Shown: positions 1 through 8,679, counted from the stretch's first letter. The stretch is 41,029 nt of DNA from Candidatus Woesearchaeota archaeon (GCA_018221085.1 JAAOXZ010000010.1:1-41029), one strand, 5' to 3'. Translations and numbers: made by a program. Notes: a model not told the origin generated them from the sequence alone.

Positions 1-176
1 ACTTTATTTATTTGATTTTGACCAATGGGAAAGAATGGATGTACGAGATATTTTTTATTTGTTAGAAAGATAAATTTATGTAGAAACTCCCTAATTTTTT
101 CGATAGTTTTATATAGACTAAAAAAGTTATTTTGAGTATAATTAAGTTTATTGTACAACTAAAAGAGGTGTGTATT

Positions 177-692
177 ATGAATAAAAAAGGATCATTATCA
201 CTGTCGATAACGGCAATAGTAGTTATTGTTATAGCATTTGTAGTTCTAGGATTGGGTTTGAGTTTAACCCGAACAATTTTCAAGGGAGCACAAGATAAAT
301 TACCGGAAGCTTTTGCGGTTACACAGTTGGAATCAGAACCAACTTCTGAGAATCCAATTACAATTTCTCAGACAGTAGAAATTACTAGAAATGATGAAAA
401 AACAATGAGTGTTGGTTTCTATAATAAAGATACCAGTACTGCAACCGGTTCCACTTTTGCTGTAACTGAGTGTTTAGATAAAGAAAAAAATTTGGTTCTA
501 GAGGAAAATAAACCAGATATGGCTTCTATCTCTCAAGATGTGGCTGCTAACACAGCAACTGGTTTTAGTATTATTTTAACAGAAAAAGGATTGGCACCAG
601 GAACATTTATTTGTACTCTAGCTGTTTGTAATATGGATGATTGTACAGAGCCCTATGATTCCAAGCAGTTCTTTTTGAAAGTAACTTCCTAA
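177..692 (+). CDS. Secreted protein with archaeal class III (type IV pilin-like) signal peptide
   Basis: ATG at 177 lies 6 nt after GAGGTG (165-170). The N-terminus MNKKGSLSLSITAIVVIVIAFVVLGLGL has a short basic head, a Gly, then about 20 hydrophobic residues, which is the prepilin-peptidase substrate pattern. The ORF-track start at 132 has no RBS. Confidence 0.6.
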   Translation: MNKKGSLSLSITAIVVIVIAFVVLGLGLSLTRTIFKGAQDKLPEAFAVTQLESEPTSENPITISQTVEITRNDEKTMSVGFYNKDTSTATGSTFAVTECLDKEKNLVLEENKPDMASISQDVAANTATGFSIILTEKGLAPGTFICTLAVCNMDDCTEPYDSKQFFLKVTS

Positions 693-705
693 GAGGTGAA
701 TTAAA

Positions 706-924
706 ATGACAAAAAAGAGAATGACAGATCAGCAGGAATTTGAGATTATGAAGTTAGTGCTGGATAAATTCTTATGGTTAGGTTTTATTGTAATGGGTTG
801 GGGAATGTATACCTCCATTAAAGATATGTCTATCCTACCTGGTTTGTGGTATATGGTTAGTGGAGCGGTGTTGTTGATACTGTTTGCAATCCTAATAGTC
901 AAAGAATACCAGATATTTAGATAA
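706..924 (+). CDS. Small membrane protein (2 predicted TM helices), hypothetical
   Basis: GAGGTG at 693-698 precedes the ATG. Two hydrophobic stretches are present (FLWLGFIVMGWGMY and GLWYMVSGAVLLILFAILIV). The gene sits 13 nt downstream of the pilin-like gene. Confidence 0.55.
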   Translation: MTKKRMTDQQEFEIMKLVLDKFLWLGFIVMGWGMYTSIKDMSILPGLWYMVSGAVLLILFAILIVKEYQIFR

Positions 925-1017
925 GTTTCTTTTTCTTTAATTTTTATTTTTCTAGTTAATTTTATAAAACAGAAACAGAATCAATAGTTAGGTGGTTTCT
1001 CGAGTGTTATTAGAAAA

Positions 1018-1407
1018 ATGGCAGAAATTATTGATAGGAAAGTATCCTACTCAGAACTAGAATGTTTATACTTAGACTTGAAAGTAATTAGTGTTCTGGG
1101 ATTTGAGGACGAAAAGTTTTGCACAGATATAGAAGAAATTATTGAAGGGATCCATGAAGGGGCAGAATTTCCTCCGGTATTTTTAGTTCCCGTAGGTGAA
1201 CCAGACAAATTACAATATCGGTTAACTCAATTAGATGATTATCATGATATTTCAAACTTAGGTGGGCATCATCGCTCAGTAGCCCATTATCTAGAAAACA
1301 AACTACTGAGATGCCTTATTTTAGAACCTAGCTTAGTTGAACCATATGATGGCGCCATGGGGTGGAGTCGGCTTTTCTTCCCAATAGAAGACATAATTTT
1401 AATATGA
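1018..1407 (+). CDS. Hypothetical protein, weak ParB/Srx-like GGHHR motif
   Basis: 129-aa ORF. The NLGGHHRSVAHY segment resembles the DGxHR core of ParB/sulfiredoxin-fold domains. This is recognised by eye only. Confidence 0.4.
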   Translation: MAEIIDRKVSYSELECLYLDLKVISVLGFEDEKFCTDIEEIIEGIHEGAEFPPVFLVPVGEPDKLQYRLTQLDDYHDISNLGGHHRSVAHYLENKLLRCLILEPSLVEPYDGAMGWSRLFFPIEDIILI

Positions 1408-1739
1408 GATTAAAAACTATAATCGCTGGAATAGGAATCGCACTCTCTTAGATAGGTTTCTTTTTCTTTTCTTTTGTATTCTGAAGGGGTTTTAGCAAGT
1501 TAGGGAATAAGTATTCTGAGTAGAGCTATAATGTTAATTAGTGAGATTAGAAAATTGAAGGCGTTATTAAATGAGAAAATTAACGATAAATAGATTTATA
1601 TACGTGAAGTGACTATACTTTGCAATGCAAAGTATAGGGGGTAAGATTTATAAAGTTTGAGGTTTTTCTTTAGGATAGGAGAGTACCTACCGTATTGCCT
1701 CAATAGTTAATTCGAACGGGCGTTAGTGGGCTTGGGGAT

Positions 1740-2252
1740 TCATTCCTTACTCTTCAATTTTTTTATGCTTTGTTTATTAAAATATTTTAGAAAATCTTTT
1801 TGTTCTTTTTCTTTAAAAATTAAAGTGGGGTTTCCCTTTCCTTGATATAAATTATTAACTTTTCTATGTGCTTTTGATTTTATTTCTTTCGGTTTAATTT
1901 TAATTCTTAGTTTACTAAATAAATCTTTTTTCCCGTGATAGTTAAAACATTTCCCTAAGTAAGTGTGATAAACTCTAAATGGTTGGAAATCGGGACAAAT
2001 AAAAGTACATTCTAACTTTGGAATATATGTCAAAGAAACACAACATAAAAAAACGAGATAAGATTGAAGATATCCAACAACTACAGATTCTTTGAAATTT
2101 GTTAATTTATCCCTTATTTTTAATTTATACTTATTTTCTATTAAAATGCTAACTATTTTTTTATTTTCCTCAAAAAGTATTGCTACAACAGTTTTTCTAT
2201 ACCAACTGTTATCGATTTGATTAGCTGTATCGACCCAAGCATTTTTTGTCAT
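1740..2252 (-). CDS. Lys-rich hypothetical protein
   Basis: 170-aa ORF with its own TATA (AAATCTTTATATAC on the minus strand, plus coordinates 2275-2288) 31 nt upstream of the ATG. I recognise no family. Confidence 0.5.
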   Translation of the reverse strand: MTKNAWVDTANQIDNSWYRKTVVAILFEENKKIVSILIENKYKLKIRDKLTNFKESVVVGYLQSYLVFLCCVSLTYIPKLECTFICPDFQPFRVYHTYLGKCFNYHGKKDLFSKLRIKIKPKEIKSKAHRKVNNLYQGKGNPTLIFKEKEQKDFLKYFNKQSIKKLKSKE

Positions 2253-2275
2253 TTTGTGGCCTAGGAAGAAGGGAG

Positions 2276-2283
2276 TATATAAA
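2276..2283 (-). promoter_or_regulatory. TATA box for the 1740..2252 gene (leaderless geometry)
   Basis: The minus strand reads AAATCTTTATATA. The TATA 5' end is 31 nt from the ATG at 2252. Confidence 0.4.
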
Positions 2284-2314
2284 GATTTTTACAATGTTAG
2301 GAAAAATAACTCTC

Positions 2315-4159
2315 TTAATCATAACAGAAACAAACGTCGTGAGCGTAGGTATCACTATGACGGCAATCAGAGGCTCCAGTGTAGCCACCATCTTGACAGA
2401 GAGTTTCACATGGTAACGACAATAAGATTCCTTCTGCTAATTTACAATAAGTCAGGTCCATTCCGTTACATTCATAGAATGCTTGATCACAAGGAGTAAT
2501 ATCGCAAACACAACTGTCTTGGCTGCAATAATCGGCACCAGCAGGATGACCTTCGGTTTGACATAAGGAATCACAATCCTGCAATTCCCAAGAATTGTTG
2601 TTACAGGATTGGAGATTATCAGCATCGGCACAAAATTGTTCTCCTTCGTTACAAATTAAACCGGCTTTAATATGCCATTCCAAAAACATTCCGGCGTCTA
2701 AATCGTCTCCTGTCAAGGGAGGGCCGCTAAGTACACCAGCATTAGTTAATTCGATAGTATAAGTACCGATGCCATCGGGAATACCAATGCCATAAGCGGT
2801 CATAAGATAGGCTCTATTGGGGTCTAATGAGACTGTCCAGGTTTTCTCTCCTCCGGATGGCGTTTCACCATAAAAAACAGAAGCAATTTCTAATCCAAAG
2901 CTGTCGTCATCTCTAGGACCACTATCAAAAATATGGATAATAACATCTAAACAAGCATCCCCATAACAAAGAGGGTCTGGTTCGGCTAAACACTCGTTAG
3001 TGGATCTGCGGCAGATGTATCCTAAATCACAATCATTATCTTGAGAACAGGAAACATCAACACAGCTGGCGTTTTCACACGTTTCGTTAGTTCCACAATC
3101 GATTAAAGAACCCCAGTCTAAGCAATTATCAGAATCATAATCGCCGCATTCTTTCCAACCATCGCCGAAACATTCTTTTTGCTCGGGGGAACATTCGTCA
3201 GAACAAGTGCAGTCACCATCTTCAAAATCTACAAATCCATCACAGTCATTATCAATCTGATCGGAACAATCTTCTGCTTCTTTCTTCTTGAACTCCATGG
3301 TCCAAATAGTTGAAGTGCCGTAGAACCCGTGAGCAGAAGGATTGAAGAAGTACACATGGCTAACATCATCATTACCAATATTGTCTTTCATGTGATCATA
3401 AGCAGCATCAACAGCGACATCGGCAAAACCTAGCGTGAAGATTTTTGAAAGAGCCTTGACGAGATAACTTCCACCGTCCATCATGGATTCTAGTTGAGGT
3501 TTATCTCGGCAACCCAGATAGTCCCAGTTAGCTTCTGTCCAACTGGCGTAATTGGTGGCAGCAGTTTGGGATTGTTGATTGTCTTGGCTATTGTGATTTA
3601 ATACTTGTAAGGGTGAAGAAGTCAAAGACAAAGTATGCGAGCTGTTGTGGGCGAAGCACTCTAAGTGGGGTGCGTAGTTGTTATGGTCAATTTGAAAGCA
3701 TTCAAAATTACTTCCGTTAAAATACATTACTTGAGCATTTTCTACGGGTTGATTATTTTCATTGATGATATTGAGATCTACATTTTCATTTCCTTCTAGA
3801 AATTGGATTTTTCCTTCGGAGTTAGTAATTCCAGAATTCAAGAGGATTCCGTTAACAGTTTTGGTGGTAATAGTGGGCAACTCTGGCGAAGACTCTTTGC
3901 AGCCATCATGGATTTGATTACAGTCATCATCACATTGTTCTTTGAATTTTTCGATATTGCCACAACTGTCGGCCCAATAAACAATTCCTTCTTGACAATA
4001 AGTGGCAGCATGGGGAGTGCAGTTTTGATCTTCGGTTCCACAGCCAGCGAAAGCAAAAGAACCCGCGGTGAGGACGAGAGCTAATTTATTAGTAAGAGAG
4101 TTTCTAATTCGTTGTATAAAAGATGTTTTCTGAGCTATATTTTCTAAAGTAGATTTCAT
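2315..4159 (-). CDS. Large Cys-rich secreted lipoprotein with repeated Cys modules
   Basis: The N-terminus ...LALVLTAGSFAFAGCG is a signal peptide with a lipobox Cys. The protein has well over 40 cysteines by eye. It has a DNDCDGFVDFEDGDC motif of the putative metal-binding Cys-repeat type. Two about 55-aa C-terminal modules share the pattern C..F.EC...L..C....C..LCQ..G.....C......C.C. Confidence 0.75.
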   Translation of the reverse strand: MKSTLENIAQKTSFIQRIRNSLTNKLALVLTAGSFAFAGCGTEDQNCTPHAATYCQEGIVYWADSCGNIEKFKEQCDDDCNQIHDGCKESSPELPTITTKTVNGILLNSGITNSEGKIQFLEGNENVDLNIINENNQPVENAQVMYFNGSNFECFQIDHNNYAPHLECFAHNSSHTLSLTSSPLQVLNHNSQDNQQSQTAATNYASWTEANWDYLGCRDKPQLESMMDGGSYLVKALSKIFTLGFADVAVDAAYDHMKDNIGNDDVSHVYFFNPSAHGFYGTSTIWTMEFKKKEAEDCSDQIDNDCDGFVDFEDGDCTCSDECSPEQKECFGDGWKECGDYDSDNCLDWGSLIDCGTNETCENASCVDVSCSQDNDCDLGYICRRSTNECLAEPDPLCYGDACLDVIIHIFDSGPRDDDSFGLEIASVFYGETPSGGEKTWTVSLDPNRAYLMTAYGIGIPDGIGTYTIELTNAGVLSGPPLTGDDLDAGMFLEWHIKAGLICNEGEQFCADADNLQSCNNNSWELQDCDSLCQTEGHPAGADYCSQDSCVCDITPCDQAFYECNGMDLTYCKLAEGILLSLPCETLCQDGGYTGASDCRHSDTYAHDVCFCYD

Positions 4160-4233
4160 TTTGGTGGTGGGGAAGTAACTGGTATTTAAATATTACCGAT
4201 ACCTTTAAAAACATAAAAAAATTACTGAGAGAT

Positions 4234-4374
4234 ATGAAAAGAGGCCAATTAGGAATTATTGAATTTAAGTATTTTATAATCGGACTTTTGATCGGAATAA
4301 TTCTGGCTCTATTATTAGTATGGCTAGGATCCTCAGGAATACTTCCGTTTAAGATACCTTTAGTCTGTGGTTAA
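4234..4374 (+). CDS. Possible 46-aa single-TM micro-protein
   Basis: The ORF reads MKRGQLGIIEFKYFIIGLLIGIILALLLVWLGSSGILPFKIPLVCG, which is below the 60-aa ORF-track cutoff. It has a hydrophobic core but no clear RBS. Confidence 0.3.
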   Translation: MKRGQLGIIEFKYFIIGLLIGIILALLLVWLGSSGILPFKIPLVCG

Positions 4375-4494
4375 GAGTACTGTTTTTTAGAATTTTTGAG
4401 TTTTGGTAGTGTGATTTAGAATGCCTTGTTATTTTTTATACTCAGAAAAGTTCATACTATGGTCTTCAGGTCGTAGATAAAAACTTTTCTGGTC

Positions 4495-4540
4495 GCCATC
4501 CTCCCAAAGGATACTCCGTCCTTCGGGGTGGGGGGATGGC
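4495..4540 (+). ncRNA. GC-rich imperfect hairpin, candidate small structured RNA
   Basis: GCCATCCTCCC (4495-4505) pairs with GGGGGGATGGC (4530-4540) for 11 bp including one G-U. An inner CC-TTCG-GG tetraloop hairpin is present. The element is a GC island in AT-rich intergenic DNA. Confidence 0.3.
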
Positions 4541-4564
4541 ATTATATCCGGCAGAATAGAAAAA

Positions 4565-4572
4565 GTTATAAG
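4565..4572 (+). promoter_or_regulatory. TATA-like box upstream of 4599 gene
   Basis: AAAAGTTATAAG lies about 33 nt upstream of the ATG at 4599. Confidence 0.35.
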
Positions 4573-4598
4573 CGATAATATTTTTCTTTGGTGATACG

Positions 4599-5132
4599 AT
4601 GGATGTTGACAGAGTGCAAAAAATTAGTAATTTGGCTGAAGAGCTAATGAAACAAGGTTTAGTTCAAGAAAGAGACGAGGCCATACAACAAGCAGAGAAA
4701 ATTCTAGCCAAGGAAGATTGTTCTTCTTTAAATGAAACTATGGAAGAAGTTCAGGGATTGAATCTAGAGACTGGTGAAATAAAACAAGTAGCAGAAGAAA
4801 CATTGAGTTTGGATAAGGTTAAGGACGTTATGGAAAAAAATACTACGTTCATGGTTAAAAAAATGAAAGAGCATCAAGAAGAGGTGGAAGGGTTAAAACA
4901 AGAAATCGCTGGTTTGAGAAACGAATTGAAGGAAATTAGATATACCCCGAATAATTTGCCTACGGAACCGGCAGTGAAAGAAGTAGTGAGAGAAGAACCC
5001 GCCGCTCCTGCTGAAGAGAAGCCAGAAGCTACTGGAAGTTCTGATGAAAACCATCCTCGTTCCGGAAATTTTAATGACACTGATGTTTCTATTGAGAAAT
5101 TCTTTTATTCTGGAAGTAAACCGAGAGAGTAA
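4599..5132 (+). CDS. Acidic coiled-coil protein with C-terminal PIP-box-like tail
   Basis: The N-terminal two thirds are heptad-like and E/K/Q-rich, followed by a Pro/Ala/Glu linker. The C-terminal DVSIEKFF fits the pattern xxxIxxFF. Confidence 0.55.
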   Translation: MDVDRVQKISNLAEELMKQGLVQERDEAIQQAEKILAKEDCSSLNETMEEVQGLNLETGEIKQVAEETLSLDKVKDVMEKNTTFMVKKMKEHQEEVEGLKQEIAGLRNELKEIRYTPNNLPTEPAVKEVVREEPAAPAEEKPEATGSSDENHPRSGNFNDTDVSIEKFFYSGSKPRE

Positions 5133-5245
5133 TTTCATTTATAATTAGTGGTAAATTCTAGGTTTTAGTATCAAAACATTTAAAAATGGGTAATTACTGG
5201 AGAGTAAACATTCGAATAAGTATATACCTCGGAGGTAGAATATAA

Positions 5246-6982
5246 ATGAAAAATAATAAAATTGTGAGTATGTTGTTGGTAAGTATTTTCTCGCTTCTTA
5301 TGTTAGCAAGTTTTGCTGTAGCAGAAGTAGAAGTTACACCAACAAATGTTGTAATGGAAATAGGAAATTACAACGGCGAAATGTTAATGACGACTATGGA
5401 TTTAGAGTTTACTAAAACTGGAGACGACACCGAAACAGTTGATCTTTCTGAGTTATTGGAAGCTGCTCTTACTGGTTGGGAATTTGATTTATCCGTGAAT
5501 TCTTTTGATTTGGAATTTGATGGAGACTATCAAACTGTTACAGCGAGTATAAGTGTGCCAGCAGATGTAGATTCTGGGACTTATGATTTAGGTAGCTTAG
5601 AATGGACTGTTGAGAGTATTGACCAAACACCAATCAATGTTGATGTAAATATTAATTTATGGAAACCAGCAGACGTTGTTGTTAATGGTCTAACTGAAGG
5701 AAAAGTTGCTATGGAAGTAGATTATAGTGATTTGAGAGAAGATGATGAGGAAGAAACTGATGAAGTAACTTTAACTCTCAAGAATGAAGGAGAATTAACT
5801 GGGGAAGTTTCATTAGAATTGCTAGATATCCTTATGGATTACCACGTAGAATTCCCAAACGCCGGAAGTAACAGCTTTACTTTGGATGTGGGAGAAGAAA
5901 AAAGTGTTGTCTTGAAATTAACTGCTCCAATCGATGTTGATTCTGGAACAACCACGGATGTTGCAGATTTAAAGGTGACTGTTAACGGTGATGAGGTAGA
6001 CACTATCGACATCGAAGCAACTGTTAAATCTATGATGGAGATTACTGAGTTAGATGTCTGCATTGATGGTGACTGTGAGGAAGTTGACGAAAGCGGCGAT
6101 GAGACAGATAAGGTTTCTCCAGGAAGTGAAGTAGAGTTTGAGGTTGAAATTGAAAATCTGTTTGATGAAAATTATGACGATTGTGATTTGGAAAACATTG
6201 AAATAACTCTAAACTTCGTTGATGAGGGCGATGAGGACGATTTCGAAGACGAAATTGATCTAGACGACGAGTTTGATCTGGATGGAGAAGAAAACACGGT
6301 GGTAACACTTTCTTTTGATGTTCCTGTAGATGCGGAAGAAGAGAGTTATGAGTTAGTCCTTAAACTAGAAGCGGAAGATGAAAATGGAGCCACACACACT
6401 GAAGAGTGGATAGTTTTCTTAGATGTGGACAGGGAGAGAGACGATATCCGGATTGACAGAGCGGACTTGACCATGAATACAGTAAGCAGCGGAGACGAAA
6501 CTTCAATAGTTATTAAATTGCGAAACTATGGAAGCAGAGACCAAGATGATGTAGTGTTGACTGTATTTAATGAAGCCTTGGGATTGAATTTCCAGCAGAT
6601 GAATATTGAACTAGACGAAAATCCAGACAGAGACGACAATGTGTTTACTAAGACGATTCCTTTAGCGATTAGTGAAGATGTCTTGGCTGGTACATTCAAT
6701 ATTGATGTGAGAGTGTCCCTTGGTGACGAAGAAGTCGATCATCGGTTGCTAACACTAACTGTTGTTGGTGCAGGAGAAGAAGTTGTTGAAGACAATGTAG
6801 AAGTAATCAACGCTCCTGTTGACGACGACGTACTTGGTGGAGACTCCCAACTAACTGGTGGATCTGTTATCGGAACTGTAGAATCAACCCAATCTAAAGG
6901 AATGACTTCTTTTATGATTGTAGTAGTTGTTTTACTGGTAATCTTGATAGCTTTGATGCTAGGCGTGTTAATTAAGAAATAA
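5246..6982 (+). CDS. Highly acidic cell-surface protein (signal peptide + C-terminal TM anchor), S-layer/CARDB-like repeats
   Basis: GGAGGT RBS at 5231-5236. The signal peptide is MKNNKIVSMLLVSIFSLLMLASFAVA. The body is D/E-rich with repeated beta-rich segments. The C-terminal anchor is FMIVVVVLLVILIALMLGVLIKK. Confidence 0.75.
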   Translation: MKNNKIVSMLLVSIFSLLMLASFAVAEVEVTPTNVVMEIGNYNGEMLMTTMDLEFTKTGDDTETVDLSELLEAALTGWEFDLSVNSFDLEFDGDYQTVTASISVPADVDSGTYDLGSLEWTVESIDQTPINVDVNINLWKPADVVVNGLTEGKVAMEVDYSDLREDDEEETDEVTLTLKNEGELTGEVSLELLDILMDYHVEFPNAGSNSFTLDVGEEKSVVLKLTAPIDVDSGTTTDVADLKVTVNGDEVDTIDIEATVKSMMEITELDVCIDGDCEEVDESGDETDKVSPGSEVEFEVEIENLFDENYDDCDLENIEITLNFVDEGDEDDFEDEIDLDDEFDLDGEENTVVTLSFDVPVDAEEESYELVLKLEAEDENGATHTEEWIVFLDVDRERDDIRIDRADLTMNTVSSGDETSIVIKLRNYGSRDQDDVVLTVFNEALGLNFQQMNIELDENPDRDDNVFTKTIPLAISEDVLAGTFNIDVRVSLGDEEVDHRLLTLTVVGAGEEVVEDNVEVINAPVDDDVLGGDSQLTGGSVIGTVESTQSKGMTSFMIVVVVLLVILIALMLGVLIKK

Positions 6983-6983
6983 G

Positions 6984-7014
6984 TTTATTTCTTTTTTTCT
7001 TTTTTTTCTTTTTT
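6984..7014 (+). terminator. Oligo-T archaeal terminator region
   Basis: Runs of T7, T8 and T6 start 2 nt after the TAA at 6980-6982. Confidence 0.5.
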
Positions 7015-7076
7015 ATAATTTTTCTACAAATCCCAAATTCGATATCTACTGGACAAGTAGACACGGGCAGGTATAA

Positions 7077-7085
7077 TATATAAAG
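7077..7085 (+). promoter_or_regulatory. TATA box for Bro-N/DinD-like gene
   Basis: TATATAAAG lies 30 nt upstream of the ATG at 7107. Confidence 0.45.
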
Positions 7086-7106
7086 GAGTTCTTGTCTCAT
7101 TATCGT

Positions 7107-7961
7107 ATGGAACAAAAAAATTCATTGATCTTATTCCAAGGAGAAAAAATTAGAAGATTATGGCATAATAAGAGCTGGTATTATTCTATAGTTGATATTA
7201 TTGCTATTTTAACTGAACAGGAAGATTATCAAAAAGCCAGAAAATACTGGAATAAACTTAGCCAAAGATTAAGGGAAGAAGGAAGTGAAGTGGTGACAAA
7301 TTGTCACCGTTTGAAATTACCTGCCATGGATGGTAAATTAAGAGAAACTGATTGTGCAAACACAAAGTCTCTTTTTAGAATCATCCAATCAATCCCTTCT
7401 AAAAAAGCAGAATCACTTAAACTTTGGTTAGCTAAAGTAGGGTATGAAAGAGTACAAGAAATTGAAAATCCAGAATTAGCCCAGAAACGCATGAAAGAGA
7501 TTTATAGGGCTAAAGGCTATTCTGACGACTGGATTGAAAAAAGAGTTAGGGGAATTGTCATTAGGGACGAACTAACAGATGAATGGGATAAGAGAGGAGT
7601 AAAGACGCAAAAAGAGTACGCAATTCTTACTTCGGAAATATCCCAAGCCACTTTTGGCATGACTCCCAGTGAATACAAAGAATTTAAAGGATTGAAACGA
7701 GAAAACTTGCGAGACCACATGAATGATTTAGAATTAATTTTTTCTATGCTGGGAGAAAAAGTATCCACTGAAATCACGAGGAATAAAAATACACAAGGTT
7801 TTGATGAAAACAAAGATGCCGCAAAAGAAGGCGGAGAAGTTGCAGGTAATGCCAGAAAAGATGCAGAAAAGAGAATTGGGAACTCCATAACAAGTAATGA
7901 AAATTATTTATCCAAACCTGAAAAGAAGAAGAAACTACAAGAGAGAAAAACATATAAGTAA
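7107..7961 (+). CDS. dinD: Bro-N domain / DNA-damage-inducible protein D (DinD)-like protein
   Basis: The N-terminus F.GE.IRRLWHNKSWYYSIVDIIAIL is Bro-N-like. The central KRVRGIVIRDELTDEWDKRG and KEYAILTSEISQATFGMTPSEYKEFKGL match my recollection of DinD. The ATG at 7107 is chosen over the TTG at 7092 from the TATA spacing. Confidence 0.7.
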   Translation: MEQKNSLILFQGEKIRRLWHNKSWYYSIVDIIAILTEQEDYQKARKYWNKLSQRLREEGSEVVTNCHRLKLPAMDGKLRETDCANTKSLFRIIQSIPSKKAESLKLWLAKVGYERVQEIENPELAQKRMKEIYRAKGYSDDWIEKRVRGIVIRDELTDEWDKRGVKTQKEYAILTSEISQATFGMTPSEYKEFKGLKRENLRDHMNDLELIFSMLGEKVSTEITRNKNTQGFDENKDAAKEGGEVAGNARKDAEKRIGNSITSNENYLSKPEKKKKLQERKTYK

Positions 7962-7980
7962 GTTATAGTTCGAATTTATT

Positions 7981-8679
7981 ATGACTTTTTTAGAAGATTT
8001 ATTGACTTTTGCCAATCCTTTGAGTGAGGGAGTAGAATTAAAAAGTAATTTACCTCCTAGAAAGAAGAGTTTTTCAGAAAAAATGGGTTGGAAAAAAGGA
8101 GTAAAACAGCCTTGGGAAAAAGAAGTTTACAAAATACATCGGACTAAGGCGGGACTTTCGGTAGTGTTGCGTCATGATGAAGATGGCAGTGTACTACAAA
8201 GATCAGAATTGGGACCAATACATTCTGAGGCTAGTGTTAATCCTTATCTCAGAAGTGCATTAGGAAATTTACCAGATGGATTAAGATGTGAAGAATGTAA
8301 GTGGGTATCTTCTTCTGAAAAGGGTAGCTATATAGAAAGCATGATTCGTAAACCCTTTTCTCACATAGCTTTTGCAAATACTTCTACTGTAGTTGGAGAT
8401 CAGATTGTGGAATTAAAAATTACGTATGGAATAAGTGGCTATGCCGCTCAATTTTGTGTTCAAAAGAAGGAAGGAATAATTGACGTAGTGGCCGAAGTAA
8501 ACCTCACATGTCGTTTTGATAGTAATGGTTCGATACCAGAAGACAATAAAGTATTGGAACGTTTTGATTCTAAAATCGATTATGAAAAATCATTAAAGAA
8601 CTTAGTGGAAATGATGAAACAAGAAGAAATATCTCCAGAAGATTATCAAAAAATTACTACTTTAGCTTATCTGGTGTGA
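7981..8679 (+). CDS. Hypothetical protein
   Basis: 232-aa ORF. A weak TATA-like CATATAAGT (7951-7959) lies 30 nt upstream. I recognise no motifs. Confidence 0.5.
   Translation: MTFLEDLLTFANPLSEGVELKSNLPPRKKSFSEKMGWKKGVKQPWEKEVYKIHRTKAGLSVVLRHDEDGSVLQRSELGPIHSEASVNPYLRSALGNLPDGLRCEECKWVSSSEKGSYIESMIRKPFSHIAFANTSTVVGDQIVELKITYGISGYAAQFCVQKKEGIIDVVAEVNLTCRFDSNGSIPEDNKVLERFDSKIDYEKSLKNLVEMMKQEEISPEDYQKITTLAYLV

Noticed and set aside
2221-4084. ORFs 2221..2409(-), 2254..2499(+), 3803..4084(+), 3838..4056(-)
   Set aside because: They overlap the well-supported Cys-rich lipoprotein gene or its promoter region in other frames, with odd composition and no start signals.
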